A stretch of DNA of 64,000 nt from Candidatus Omnitrophota bacterium (GTDB lineage Bacteria > Omnitrophota > Gorgyraeia > Gygaellales > Profunditerraquicolaceae): positions 23,466 through 87,465 of the forward strand of contig JBAZNT010000004.1 of assembly GCA_041649115.1 (NCBI GenBank). Direction: 5' to 3'. Positions 53,114-62,455 of the stretch are shown here, in pieces. The notes under the pieces are model-generated. The model was not told where the DNA came from and did no database searches. It saw only the letters and a program-made list of their open reading frames with translations. Both the position numbers and the translations under genes were made by a program. The stretch's first letter is position 1. The number at the start of each line of letters is the position of its first letter.

Positions 53114-54891
53114 TGATAAGAAGCAAGAGCCTTAAATTTAAATTAGTCCTTTCGTATCTTTTGGTAATATTTATTTCCTTCGGCTTTATTGCTTTCTATC
53201 TTGACCGCAACCTCGAAGAAAACGCCCTCCAGGACATCAAGAAGTCCCTTCTTAATCAGGGGTATCTGATTGAGTCTCAGCTTATAAGCCAGAATGCAAA
53301 AAAACAGGATCCTGCGCGCCTGGAGGCGTTGGTTCAAGAGATTGCCCCCAAGATAGGTTGCCGTATCAGCATTATTGATGACCAGGGGAGGGTTCTGGCT
53401 GATTCAGAGAGGACGCCGGAAGAGGTCCTTTTGATGGATAACCATGCCCGACGCCCTGAGATAAGAGCGGCCCTGGGAGGCAAGATGGGAGAATCCACCC
53501 GTTACTCCTCTACTTTGAAGATAGACATGCTTTATCTGGCGATCCCCTTGCGCCAGAAGGATTCGTTGACAACAGGCGCCTTGAGGCTGGCGCTTCCCTT
53601 AGAGAGCGTCAGGAGGATGCTGCTGGTTATCAGAAAAAGCATAATACTAAGCGTATCCTTTGCCTTAGGGCTTGCCTTTGTCCTGGGGTCTTTATTGGCA
53701 GCCGGAATCGTTAAGCCGCTCAGAAAGATAATTAACGTATCGCGCAGGTTTTCAGCCGGTGATTTTGCTCACAAGATATTTTATGAGAGCGATGACGAAA
53801 TAGGCGAGCTCGCCGCTACCCTCAATAAGATGGCGCAGGAGATAGAGGATAAGGTCCGCCAGACCAGCATACAGAACCAGCACCTCAAGGCCATACTCTA
53901 CAGCATGATTGAGGGTATAGTGGTGGTTGATAAAGACGCCAGGATAGTCTCGCTTAACCCCCCGGCAGAGACGATATTCAATATTGACAGCCAGGGGGCA
54001 GACAGGAGGCTTTTAATCGAGGCCATCCCAAATAATGAAATCTCCGGCATCATCAGCGATGTCTTGAAGGGCGGGGTATCGGCATCAAAGGAAATCACCC
54101 TCGTCTGGCCTCTGCAGCGCGTTTTTCAGCTTAACGCCTCCCCTATTTTTGTAAATAATTCCGTAGCGGGGGCGGTAGCGGTAATACACGATATAACCGA
54201 GATCCGAAGGCTGGAGGTTATGCGCCGGGATTTTGTGGCAAACGTATCGCACGAGTTAAAAACCCCTCTTACCTCCATCAAGGGTTTTGTAGAGACGCTC
54301 CTGGAGGGCGCGCTGGAAGACAAAAAAAACAAGCGGCACTTTCTGGAGATTATCCGCGAGCATGTTGACAGGCTTGATAATCTGGTCAATGACCTTCTTT
54401 CGCTGTCTTACCTGGAATCCAGAGAGATAAGGCTTGATAAGAAGGAGTTTGATTTAAGGGGCCTGGCCGATGAGTCATTGGCAGGTTTTAAATCCCAGAT
54501 TAAAAAGAAGGCGCTGGAGGTTGCTAACGATTTGCCCTCCGGCCTCAGCGTCAAGGCCGACAGGGACCGCATCGAGCAGGTGCTGATTAATCTTATTGAT
54601 AATGCCGTCAAATTTAACAATAACAACGGCAGTATTAATGTTTATTGCGAGGAATCCCCCGGGCAGCTTAAGGTTTTCGTGGAGGATACCGGCGCAGGCA
54701 TACCTGCCAAGGATATCCCCCGTATCTTTGAGCGGTTCTACCGCGTAGATAAGGCGCGTTCGCGCGAGCTCGCAGGCACCGGGCTTGGCCTCTCCATCGT
54801 CAAGCATATCGTAGAACTGCACGGAGGCAGCGCGGGCGTAGAGAGTACCGAAGGCCTCGGCTCAAGATTCTGGTTCACCCTTCCGCTTTAA
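53110..54891 (+). CDS. phoR: Sensor histidine kinase, PhoR-like (2 TM, HAMP, PAS, HisKA, HATPase_c)
   Basis: H-box FVANVSHELKTPLTSI, N-box LINLIDNAVKF, G-boxes DTGAGI / GTGLGLSIV. It overlaps the regulator gene by 4 nt. Confidence 0.7.
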   Translation: MMIRSKSLKFKLVLSYLLVIFISFGFIAFYLDRNLEENALQDIKKSLLNQGYLIESQLISQNAKKQDPARLEALVQEIAPKIGCRISIIDDQGRVLADSERTPEEVLLMDNHARRPEIRAALGGKMGESTRYSSTLKIDMLYLAIPLRQKDSLTTGALRLALPLESVRRMLLVIRKSIILSVSFALGLAFVLGSLLAAGIVKPLRKIINVSRRFSAGDFAHKIFYESDDEIGELAATLNKMAQEIEDKVRQTSIQNQHLKAILYSMIEGIVVVDKDARIVSLNPPAETIFNIDSQGADRRLLIEAIPNNEISGIISDVLKGGVSASKEITLVWPLQRVFQLNASPIFVNNSVAGAVAVIHDITEIRRLEVMRRDFVANVSHELKTPLTSIKGFVETLLEGALEDKKNKRHFLEIIREHVDRLDNLVNDLLSLSYLESREIRLDKKEFDLRGLADESLAGFKSQIKKKALEVANDLPSGLSVKADRDRIEQVLINLIDNAVKFNNNNGSINVYCEESPGQLKVFVEDTGAGIPAKDIPRIFERFYRVDKARSRELAGTGLGLSIVKHIVELHGGSAGVESTEGLGSRFWFTLPL

Positions 54892-54907
54892 CTAATCCCA
54901 GACACCT

Positions 54908-54927
54908 GATTTTACCTGCATTTTACC
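54908..54927 (+). promoter_or_regulatory. Candidate Pho box A: direct repeat (G/C)ATTTTACC x2 with 11-bp period
   Basis: GATTTTACC (54908-54916) and CATTTTACC (54919-27), in the intergenic region downstream of phoR and upstream of the orphan receiver gene. Confidence 0.4.
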
Positions 54928-55083
54928 GTCTCTTCCCTTAAACTTAATCCCTTTGTTGTAAGCTATAGCCATGATAAAGAAGATCCTGAAGATACTCATG
55001 GCGTTAAGGGCACACCTGGATAGCATCATCTCAGACGAGATAGAGAGTATTGAGATTTTTTATCGGCAATACGGTTAATAACT

Positions 55084-55491
55084 GTGCAAAGGTCTAAGAA
55101 GGTCTTGGTTGTCGAGGACGATAAGGGCATAAACGAACTGGTATTTTATAACCTTAAAAAGGAAGGTTTTTTAGTGCGTCAGGCATTTGACGGATGCCAG
55201 GCAGAGAAAATCATAGCAGAAGAGGATGGCTTTGACATCGTAATACTCGATATCATGCTGCCTTTTAAGGACGGATTTGAGCTCTGCCGCCAGATTAAAG
55301 AAGGCGGGGATGCCTATCGGACCTTCGTGATTATCATAAGCGCCAAAGGTGCTCCTCAAGATAAACTCTATGCCCATCTGCTGGGAGCAGATTATTACCT
55401 TGCAAAGCCTTTCAGTATTAAGGCCTTGTTATCCATCGTCAGGGAGTTAGACAATATCAAAAAGGGGGATTTTTTAATAAAAAGGAGGTGA
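55084..55491 (+). CDS. Single-domain response regulator (receiver only)
   Basis: VLVVEDD...DIVILDIMLP...ISAKG...GADYYLAKPF; GTG start; 135 aa with no output domain. Confidence 0.8.
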   Translation: MQRSKKVLVVEDDKGINELVFYNLKKEGFLVRQAFDGCQAEKIIAEEDGFDIVILDIMLPFKDGFELCRQIKEGGDAYRTFVIIISAKGAPQDKLYAHLLGADYYLAKPFSIKALLSIVRELDNIKKGDFLIKRR

Positions 55492-55508
55492 TTTTACATG
55501 GATTTTAC
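55490..55508 (+). promoter_or_regulatory. Candidate Pho box B: direct repeat GATTTTAC x2 with 11-bp period
   Basis: GATTTTAC (55490-55497) and GATTTTAC (55501-55508), ~88 nt upstream of the porin start. A weak -10 (CATAAC, 55525-55530) lies 16 nt downstream. Confidence 0.45.
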
Positions 55509-55595
55509 CCGTCCTTAAAACCGGCATAACAAAAGGGTGCTATCCTTGCATAGGAAAAGCAACAGAGACCACAATAAGAGATGGAGGTAAGCATA

Positions 55596-56879
55596 ATGAT
55601 GAGACGCGTAGCGTTAGTGTTGGCAGTAGCAGTACCGGTTATTTTTTCGGCAGTCTTCAATTGCGTTCATGCCGGAGAGATTGATCTGCTTTTAGAGAAA
55701 TTGGTGGATAAGGGCGTTTTGACTCCCGGCGAGGCGCAGCAGATAGGGGTTGAAACTAAGGAGCAGGTGAAGGCAGAGATTGCAGCCGGTAAATCTTCTT
55801 CCCTGCCTGCCTGGGTTCAGAACATGAAGCTTAAAGGCGACCTGCGCTTAAGGTACCAGTATAAGCATGATAAAGCAGCAAATAATTATTCCAAGGATAC
55901 GCAGATCGGGCGTTTGCGCATGCGTCTTGGATTAGACACAAAGGTAAATGAGAAGATTATGGTCGGTGTCGGCATCGCCACTAATTCCGACGGAGACCCG
56001 CGTTCCACCAATATGACCTTTGGCAAAAGCGGCGACGGTTATTCCACCAAGATGGAGATCCGCCTTGACAATGCCTATGCCAAATACGATGCCTTGCCCT
56101 GGCTGACCATTGTCGGCGGCAAGATGCTTTTAAAAGACGCGCTCTGGGAGCCGACTGACCTCGTTTGGGACACCGATATTACTCCCGAAGGAGGCGTGCT
56201 CCAGTTTGATAAGAAGTTGAATTCCAATACCAGCCTTTTCATGAATACCGGCGTATTGATTCAGACCGATGATACCAGCTCGGATAATGACCCGGTGATG
56301 ATGTATATTATCCAGCCCGGAGCTACCTATAAAATTAATGATTCCATGTCATTGAAGGGCGCTTTCACGGCCAACATCGGCAGCAATACCAAAGGCACGG
56401 CTTATCCTACCGGAGATTGGTATAAAAGCAGCAATACCAAAAACGGCTCAAACTGGGCATATGATTACCGCACCATCAGCCCGGCGTTAGAACTCAGCCT
56501 CAAGGAGCCTTTCAAGGCTGCGGGGTTGGATATTGAAAATATGAAGCTATTCGGCGAATATGTAAAGAACCTCGCCGTCTCAAGCAATAATTCGGGATTT
56601 TCATTAGGTTTCCAGTTAGGTAACGATAAGATATCCAAATTCGGTGATTGGCAGTTTAGATACATCTACGCCATGCTTGAGAAAGACGCGGTGCTTGATG
56701 TTACGCCCGATTCCGACCGTTACAGCGGAAAGACCGGCATGAGAAGCCACGAGGCCGCGTTAAGCTACGGCTTAGGCAAAAACACCTTTCTGGGTCTTGA
56801 CGTTTACCGTTCCTGGAGCTTGATCGGCAGCAGGGCTCCGGAGACCCTGGTCCAGGTCGATTGGAATTTGAAATTTTAA
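55596..56879 (+). CDS. Outer-membrane porin (phosphate-regulon-associated by context)
   Basis: From ATG 55596 there is a signal peptide MMRRVALVLAVAVPVIFSAVFNCVHA, an alternating amphipathic beta-strand pattern, and a C-terminal ...VQVDWNLKF (aromatic terminus typical of OM beta-barrels). Confidence 0.6.
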   Translation: MMRRVALVLAVAVPVIFSAVFNCVHAGEIDLLLEKLVDKGVLTPGEAQQIGVETKEQVKAEIAAGKSSSLPAWVQNMKLKGDLRLRYQYKHDKAANNYSKDTQIGRLRMRLGLDTKVNEKIMVGVGIATNSDGDPRSTNMTFGKSGDGYSTKMEIRLDNAYAKYDALPWLTIVGGKMLLKDALWEPTDLVWDTDITPEGGVLQFDKKLNSNTSLFMNTGVLIQTDDTSSDNDPVMMYIIQPGATYKINDSMSLKGAFTANIGSNTKGTAYPTGDWYKSSNTKNGSNWAYDYRTISPALELSLKEPFKAAGLDIENMKLFGEYVKNLAVSSNNSGFSLGFQLGNDKISKFGDWQFRYIYAMLEKDAVLDVTPDSDRYSGKTGMRSHEAALSYGLGKNTFLGLDVYRSWSLIGSRAPETLVQVDWNLKF

Positions 56880-56973
56880 GTAAAAATAGAGACAGCGCCC
56901 GGCGCTAAGCGGTATTTATACCCGGCCTTAAAGGATAGGCCGGTATGCGCCTCTGCGCAAGGAGGGAAGGAAG

Positions 56974-57786
56974 ATGAAATTTGTTGCGAGGTTAGCGTTT
57001 TTCGGGATGTTGATATTGGGATTGACAGCGCCCTGTTACGCTGAGAAAATAGTAGTCGAAGGCTCAACCACGGTCCTGCCTATTGCGCAAAAGGCGGCCG
57101 AGGTATTTATGCAGAAGAACCAAGGCGCGGACATCGCGGTGCGCGGAGGAGGCTCAGGGGTAGGGATCGCATCCATTATTGACGGCACCTGCGATATAGC
57201 GGATGCCTCCCGGCCGATAAAAGAGAGCGAGCTGGAGAAGGCGGCCAGTTACGGCAGGGATATCAAGGCGCATGTGATTGCAATGGATGGGATTGCGGTA
57301 GTCGTCAACCCCTCCAATAAAGTCTCCGCCTTGTCTAAAAAACAGGTAGCGGATATTTATACGGGAAAAATCTCCAATTGGTCAGAGGTAGGGGGCGATG
57401 ACCAGAAGATAGTGGTTATTTCCCGGGATACCTCAAGCGGGACATTCGAGGCCTTTGGGGAATTGGTGCTTGAGAAGGCCAAGGTAAGGCCCGATGCGCT
57501 GATGCAGGCGTCAAACCAGGCAGTTGCATCTGTAGTAGCAAGGACTCCGGGAGCAATCGGTTATGTGGGGATGGGATTTCTTTCCGGTTCGGTAAAGGCG
57601 CTTAAGATTGACGGGGTTATGCCTTCCAGGGAGCTGGTATTAACAGGGAAGTATTCCATAGGCAGGCCGCTGTTTATGTATACTAACGGCAGCCCACGCG
57701 GGTTGGTTAAGGATTTCCTTGATTTTGTAAAAAGCTCCGAGGGCCAGCAATTAGTGGAAGGGGAAGGTTTTATAGCCTTAAAATAA
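56974..57786 (+). CDS. pstS: Phosphate ABC transporter substrate-binding protein
   Basis: Signal peptide, then VEGSTTVLPIAQKAAE...RGGGSGVGI...ISRDTSSGT, the motifs of the PstS/PhoT family. Confidence 0.85.
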   Translation: MKFVARLAFFGMLILGLTAPCYAEKIVVEGSTTVLPIAQKAAEVFMQKNQGADIAVRGGGSGVGIASIIDGTCDIADASRPIKESELEKAASYGRDIKAHVIAMDGIAVVVNPSNKVSALSKKQVADIYTGKISNWSEVGGDDQKIVVISRDTSSGTFEAFGELVLEKAKVRPDALMQASNQAVASVVARTPGAIGYVGMGFLSGSVKALKIDGVMPSRELVLTGKYSIGRPLFMYTNGSPRGLVKDFLDFVKSSEGQQLVEGEGFIALK

Positions 57787-57814
57787 AACAAGCGTTTACT
57801 CAGTTTTAAGGCTC

Positions 57815-57853
57815 CTGTGCCGTGGTAGTATTTTAAATGCTGCCACGGCGCAG
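57815..57853 (+). promoter_or_regulatory. Intercistronic stem-loop between pstS and pstC
   Basis: An 11-bp stem (57815-57825, CTGTGCCGTGG, pairs with 57843-57853, CCACGGCGCAG; one G-U pair) with a 17-nt loop. No U-tract follows. Confidence 0.5.
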
Positions 57854-57867
57854 TCACAAATAAAGTT

Positions 57868-58752
57868 ATGTGGCGCGTAAGAGAAAAAATATACGGAGGG
57901 ATATTTGCGGTGCTGGCTTTTTCTTCGCTGGCATTCCTGATCGGAATCGTCATCGTGCTCTTTAAGGAGGCCCTCCCGATTTTTAAAACAGCCGGGCTGT
58001 TTCATTTTATCCTCGGCAGGGAGTGGTATCCGACGTATCAACCTCCTGAATTCGGCATCCTCCCTTTAATCCTGGCTTCGGTGTGGGTAACCCTGGGGGC
58101 AATGCTGATATGCCTGCCCCTTGGCGTAGGCAGCGCTCTTTATTTAAACGAGATAGCGACAGCAGCGCAGAAAGCGGTGCTCAAGCCCGTAATCGAGATA
58201 TTAGCGAGCATCCCTTCTATCGTATACGGATTTTTCGGGATGGTAGTCCTGGCTCCTTTCTTGCAGAGGCTGTTGCATTTACCCGTCGGGTTATGCGCTT
58301 TTACTGCCAGCCTCACCCTGGGCGTCATGGCTACCCCTACCGTCTGCAGCATTGCCGAGGACGCTTTAAGCTATGTGCCGCGTTCATTCCGGGAGGCTTC
58401 TTTTGCGGTAGGGGCCAACAGGTGGCAGACCTTGACAAGGGTGGTGATTCCGGCGGCCGGATCCGGTATTTCAACGGCAGTAATATTGGGTATGAGCAGG
58501 GCAATCGGAGAAACCATGACGGTATTGATGGTAGCCGGAGGTGCCGCAGTCATACCCCGGTCATTTTTTGACCCTGTCCGGCCCATGACCGCCGCGATTG
58601 CCGCAGAAATGGGAGAGGCGCCGGTCGGAAGCGCGCATTATCACGCCCTTTTTGCAATCGCGTTAATCCTGTTTCTGGTTACCTTTATTTTTAATATCAT
58701 TGCCGAGTTTATCAGCAGAAGATTCAGGATAAAACTGGGGCTGGGCAGATGA
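57868..58752 (+). CDS. pstC: Phosphate ABC transporter permease PstC
   Basis: Multi-TM protein with EAA-like loop SFREASFAVGANRWQTLTRVVIPAA, positioned after pstS. Confidence 0.85.
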   Translation: MWRVREKIYGGIFAVLAFSSLAFLIGIVIVLFKEALPIFKTAGLFHFILGREWYPTYQPPEFGILPLILASVWVTLGAMLICLPLGVGSALYLNEIATAAQKAVLKPVIEILASIPSIVYGFFGMVVLAPFLQRLLHLPVGLCAFTASLTLGVMATPTVCSIAEDALSYVPRSFREASFAVGANRWQTLTRVVIPAAGSGISTAVILGMSRAIGETMTVLMVAGGAAVIPRSFFDPVRPMTAAIAAEMGEAPVGSAHYHALFAIALILFLVTFIFNIIAEFISRRFRIKLGLGR

Positions 58753-59603
58753 GGAAAGACAGGGTTGAGAAGATAGGGTTTGGGCTGCTTTTTTTAAGCA
58801 TCGCCGTTACCGTGCTTCTCCTCTTTTCCATCATATACTTCATATCCGCAAGGGGGATAAAGGTGATATCCTGGGAATTTATCACGCAGCCCCCGCGCGA
58901 TGCCATGACAGCCGGAGGGGTAGCCCCGGCAATCATCGGCACGCTCTGTCTTACCTTGATTGCGATTGCATTTTCTCTGCCCCTGGGCCTGGCGTGCGCA
59001 ATATACCTGTGCGAATACAGCCCCAGGGGTTATATCGTTAATCTCATCAGGGTCGGCATTAATAACCTTGCGGGCGTGCCTTCGGTTGTGTTCGGGCTAT
59101 TCGGCCTGGCAGTATTCGTTAAGTTTTTCAAATTCGGGGTCTCGATGCTCTCGGGGGGCTTGACGCTGGGGATATTGGTGTTGCCCGTGATAATATCCGC
59201 CAGCCAGGAGGCGCTGATGGCAGTGCCTAATTCCGTACGCGAGGCATCGCTTGCGCTGGGCGCTACTAAGTGGCAGACAATCAAAAAGATAATATTGCCT
59301 ACCGCGCTTCCCGGAGTGCTTACCGGTACAATTCTAAGCATCGGCAGGGTAGCCGGCGAGACGGCACCCATACTTTTCACCGCGGCGGCCTTCTACCTGA
59401 GGGGTTACCCCCATTCGTTATTTTCGGAGGTGATGGCCCTGCCTTACCACATATATGCCCTGATGACAGAAGGGGCGCATCCCCAAGAGCAGACTGCCAT
59501 TGCCTACGGATGCAGCCTTATATTGTTGGCATTGGTTCTCTTGGTGTCATTTGTAGCAATCCTGATACGCCAGAGACAGAGAGGGTATGGACATGGACAG
59601 TAA
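58749..59603 (+). CDS. pstA: Phosphate ABC transporter permease PstA
   Basis: [28 protein letters not shown], multi-TM, 4-nt overlap with pstC. Confidence 0.85.
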   Translation: MRKDRVEKIGFGLLFLSIAVTVLLLFSIIYFISARGIKVISWEFITQPPRDAMTAGGVAPAIIGTLCLTLIAIAFSLPLGLACAIYLCEYSPRGYIVNLIRVGINNLAGVPSVVFGLFGLAVFVKFFKFGVSMLSGGLTLGILVLPVIISASQEALMAVPNSVREASLALGATKWQTIKKIILPTALPGVLTGTILSIGRVAGETAPILFTAAAFYLRGYPHSLFSEVMALPYHIYALMTEGAHPQEQTAIAYGCSLILLALVLLVSFVAILIRQRQRGYGHGQ

Positions 59604-60354
59604 GGTAAAGATCAAGACAGAGGAGATAAATTTTTTCTACGGAAGGCACCGCGCGTTAACGGATATCAATCTGGATATCTATGAGAAGCGGGTCACCGCC
59701 ATAATCGGGCCGTCCGGCTGCGGCAAATCCACATTTATCAGGCTTATTAACCGTATGAACGAGCTCGTGCCGAACACCAGCCTCAGCGGAAGTATTTATA
59801 TCGACGGCCAGGATATTTTTTTAGGCAGCATTGACCCGGTTGAGATAAGAAGAAGGGTGGGGATGGTATTCCAGAAACCCAACCCTTTTGCCAAGAGCAT
59901 ATTTGAGAATATCGCCTACGGCCTGGAGGTCAACGGCGTAAAGGACAGGGGATTTATTGAGGAAAAGGTGGTGGAGTCCCTGAAGAAAGCCGCGCTATGG
60001 GAGGAGGTTAAAAACAGGCTCTCGGCAAGTGCGCTGGGGATATCCGGCGGGCAGCAGCAGCGCCTCTGTATAGCCCGTTGCCTGGCAGTAGAGCCGGAGG
60101 TAATATTGTTTGACGAGCCCTGCGCCAGCCTTGACCCCATATCAACCGCCAAGATAGAGGAACTGATACAGGAGCTGAAGAAGTACTATACTATCGTAAT
60201 CGTAACCCATAATATGCAACAGGCAGCCCGCGTCTCAGATGATACCGCATTTTTTCTATTGGGCGAATTGGTAGAATTCGACCGGACGCAAAACATCTTT
60301 ACTGCTCCCCGCGACAGCAGAACCGAGGCCTATATAACGGGAAGGTTCGGATAA
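59587..60354 (+). CDS. pstB: Phosphate ABC transporter ATP-binding protein PstB
   Basis: Walker [10 protein letters not shown], signature LSGGQQQRL, Walker B ILFDEP, and a PstB-typical C-terminus ...YITGRFG. Confidence 0.9.
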   Translation: MDMDSKVKIKTEEINFFYGRHRALTDINLDIYEKRVTAIIGPSGCGKSTFIRLINRMNELVPNTSLSGSIYIDGQDIFLGSIDPVEIRRRVGMVFQKPNPFAKSIFENIAYGLEVNGVKDRGFIEEKVVESLKKAALWEEVKNRLSASALGISGGQQQRLCIARCLAVEPEVILFDEPCASLDPISTAKIEELIQELKKYYTIVIVTHNMQQAARVSDDTAFFLLGELVEFDRTQNIFTAPRDSRTEAYITGRFG

Positions 60355-60380
60355 GGCATCAAGTATATAAGGAGGATATT

Positions 60381-61049
60381 ATGGAGAGGCATTTTGACGA
60401 AGAGTTGTTCGGTTTACATAAGGAAATACTGGGGATGGCGGCATTGGTGCAGGCTGCGATTTACAAGTCCGTCGAGGCCCTTAAAAACCGCGATATAAGA
60501 CTTGCCGAGGAGGTCATCAGCGGCGATTCCGCGATAGACCAGCTTGAGCTTGCCATTGACGAGAGATGTATTGACCTTATTGCTAGGCACCAGCCTCTGG
60601 CCGGGGACTTAAGGTTTATTACTACCGGCATGAAGATTAATGCGGAACTGGAGCGTATCGCAGACCTGGCTGTCGACATATCACAGCGTGTCACCGAGCT
60701 GGGGAATAAGCCGCTGCTTAAGCCCCTGATTGACATCCCGAAATTATCGGAGGTCGCCCAGAGGATGGTTGGCGATGCCATAGAGTCTTTTGTAAGGAAG
60801 GATGCGGGCCTGGCAAGGAAGGTTGTTTTGTCGGATAGCGAGGCAGACAGGCTGCGCAACCTTGTGCAGACGGAGCTGATCCGTGATTACATGGCAAAAG
60901 ACCCCAAGACCGCCGACCGTGCGGTGCCGCTCTTGTTGATTACGAGGCACCTTGAGCGCATCTGCGACCACTCTACCAATATAGCCGAGGATATAATATA
61001 TATGGTAGAGGCCAGGGTTGTAAAGCATCACCCCGAAGAGCTCAAATAA
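60381..61049 (+). CDS. phoU: Phosphate signalling complex protein PhoU
   Basis: Two PhoU repeats (...INAELERIADLAVDI... and ...ITRHLERICDHSTNIAEDI...), 222 aa, downstream of pstB. Confidence 0.9.
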   Translation: MERHFDEELFGLHKEILGMAALVQAAIYKSVEALKNRDIRLAEEVISGDSAIDQLELAIDERCIDLIARHQPLAGDLRFITTGMKINAELERIADLAVDISQRVTELGNKPLLKPLIDIPKLSEVAQRMVGDAIESFVRKDAGLARKVVLSDSEADRLRNLVQTELIRDYMAKDPKTADRAVPLLLITRHLERICDHSTNIAEDIIYMVEARVVKHHPEELK

Positions 61050-61061
61050 CCAGAATAACTA

Positions 61062-61135
61062 GGGATGGTTCTGAAGGTGAAGCTAACCTGCCCCCTTTCA
61101 GGGAGACAGGTTACGAACGACCTGAGAACCGTCCC
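61062..61135. repeat. REP/MITE-like palindromic element sharing the RAYT terminal motif
   Basis: GGGATGGTTCTGA (61062-61074) ... inner palindrome AACCTG..CAGGTT ... TGAGAACCGTCCC (61123-61135). The outer arms match the RAYT-element termini GGGACGGTTCTCA / TGAGAACCGTCCC. Confidence 0.55.
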
Positions 61136-61218
61136 TGCCATTCAAATACCTTGACCTTAACCCTGCCCTGTTATATAATCTTTCCGTTGATTAGGCGGCC
61201 GTAATTAATCCTTATAAA

Positions 61219-61935
61219 GTGGAAAAGAAGATAGTCAGGTGGCTTAGCAAGCAACTCGCGCTTTCTGGGGCCAGGGGGATAGTTTTGGGGTTGTCCGGCG
61301 GGATAGATTCCTGCGTGGCAGCCGCAGTAGCGAAGAGGGCGGTAGGGAAAAACCGCCTTTTGGCTTTAATCCTGCCGATCCATAGCCATAGACACGATGC
61401 CCGGGACGCCATTTGTTTTGCCAAAAAATTAAGTATCAGATACAGAGCCGTTGATTTGTCAAAGATATACGATGCCCTCATTAATATATTGCCTCAGGCG
61501 GGCAAGACCTCGCGTTTGAATCTTAAACCGCGCCTGAGGATGCTGGTTCTTTATTATTTTGCCAATAAGCTTGATTATTTAGTCTGCGGCACCAGCAATA
61601 AATCAGAGCTGTCCGTAGGTTATTTTACCAAATACGGCGACGGGGCGGCAGATATCCTTCCGCTGGGCGGGCTTTTAAAAAGAGAGGTTTATGATTTAGC
61701 CAAGGCCCTGCATATACCGGCTGAAATAATAAAAAAGGCGCCAACAGCCGGGTTGTGTCCGGGGCAGACCGATGAGGCCGAGATGGGCATAACCTATGCC
61801 GAACTGGATGAGATATTGGCAGCGCATCTTGGCAGGAGGAAGCAGCGCCTTGCGGGGAACAAGGTTACAAAGGTCAGGGCAATGATTGAAAGGTCAGGGC
61901 ATAAAAGGGAGAGACCCCTGATATGCCAAATTTAA
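61219..61935 (+). CDS. nadE: NH3-dependent NAD+ synthetase
   Basis: PP-loop LGLSGGIDS, ...TSNKSELSVGYFTKYGDG..D..P...L.K.EV; GTG start; 238 aa. Confidence 0.85.
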   Translation: MEKKIVRWLSKQLALSGARGIVLGLSGGIDSCVAAAVAKRAVGKNRLLALILPIHSHRHDARDAICFAKKLSIRYRAVDLSKIYDALINILPQAGKTSRLNLKPRLRMLVLYYFANKLDYLVCGTSNKSELSVGYFTKYGDGAADILPLGGLLKREVYDLAKALHIPAEIIKKAPTAGLCPGQTDEAEMGITYAELDEILAAHLGRRKQRLAGNKVTKVRAMIERSGHKRERPLICQI

Positions 61936-61948
61936 TACGGAGGTTGGG

Positions 61949-62434
61949 ATGGATGAGATACTAGAGATATTGGAGAAAGACGGCCGTAGGAGTTTTGAGG
62001 ATATCGCCAGGATGCTTAAGAAGAAGCCGGCTGCGGTTAAGGCGGCAGTAGCCAGGTATCAGAAGGAGGGGGTAATCCTTAAATACAAAGCCGTTATCAA
62101 TAAGGAATTAATCAGGGATGCGGCCTCCCAGGTGCGTGCGCTTATTGAGGTTAATATTACCCCGCAGAAGGACGTGGGTTTTGACCGTGTTGCGGAGCGC
62201 ATATACTCCTTTGCGGAGGTCTCCAGCTGTTATCTGATATCGGGGACCTACGACCTGCTTTTGATCGTGGAAGGCCGCGACCTGCAGGCGGTTTCCAGGT
62301 TCGTTGCTGAGAAGCTTGCGCCGCTTGAAAACGTCAAGGGCACTACCACTCATTTCCTCCTTAAGAAATACAAGGAGGACGGGGTGATTCTTAAGCACAA
62401 GGAAGAGAATAAGAGGATTGCGATTTCTTATTAG
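61949..62434 (+). CDS. Lrp/AsnC-family transcriptional regulator
   Basis: N-terminal HTH ILEILEKDGRRSFEDIARMLKKKPAAVKAAV and a C-terminal RAM/AsnC domain (ALIEVNITPQ...VSSCYLISGTYDLLLIVE). Confidence 0.8.
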   Translation: MDEILEILEKDGRRSFEDIARMLKKKPAAVKAAVARYQKEGVILKYKAVINKELIRDAASQVRALIEVNITPQKDVGFDRVAERIYSFAEVSSCYLISGTYDLLLIVEGRDLQAVSRFVAEKLAPLENVKGTTTHFLLKKYKEDGVILKHKEENKRIAISY

Positions 62435-62455
62435 GTATAGTAGCAGGGATAGAAA

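Noticed and set aside
54971-55078. 35-aa small ORF (MIKKILKILMALRAHLDSIISDEIESIEIFYRQYG) in the phoR-receiver intergenic region
   Set aside because: There is no Shine-Dalgarno sequence in front and no recognisable family. It could be a leader peptide, but the sequence alone does not support a call.
28513-55595. ORF-track start codons at 28513, 28949, 37302, 44007 and 55581
   Set aside because: Downstream in-frame ATGs (28561, 29015, 37335, 44019, 55596) are preferred. They follow RBS-like sequences and give proper signal peptides, lipoboxes or paralog-aligned N-termini. The longer versions remain possible.
56895-56950. Hairpins after the porin gene (AGCGCC-c-GGCGCT; CCGGCCT-taaaggat-AGGCCGG) considered as intrinsic terminators
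   Set aside because: Neither is followed by a U-tract, and the first has an impossibly small loop. pstS is probably co-transcribed with the porin, so these were not annotated as terminators.
30507-59608. Alternative-frame ORFs overlapping transporter and other genes on the same strand (e.g. 30507-30779, 58083-58571, 59270-59608, 29202-29471, 35395-35676)
   Set aside because: They are Arg/Pro/Gly-rich out-of-frame translations of well-supported genes, with no motifs or translation signals.
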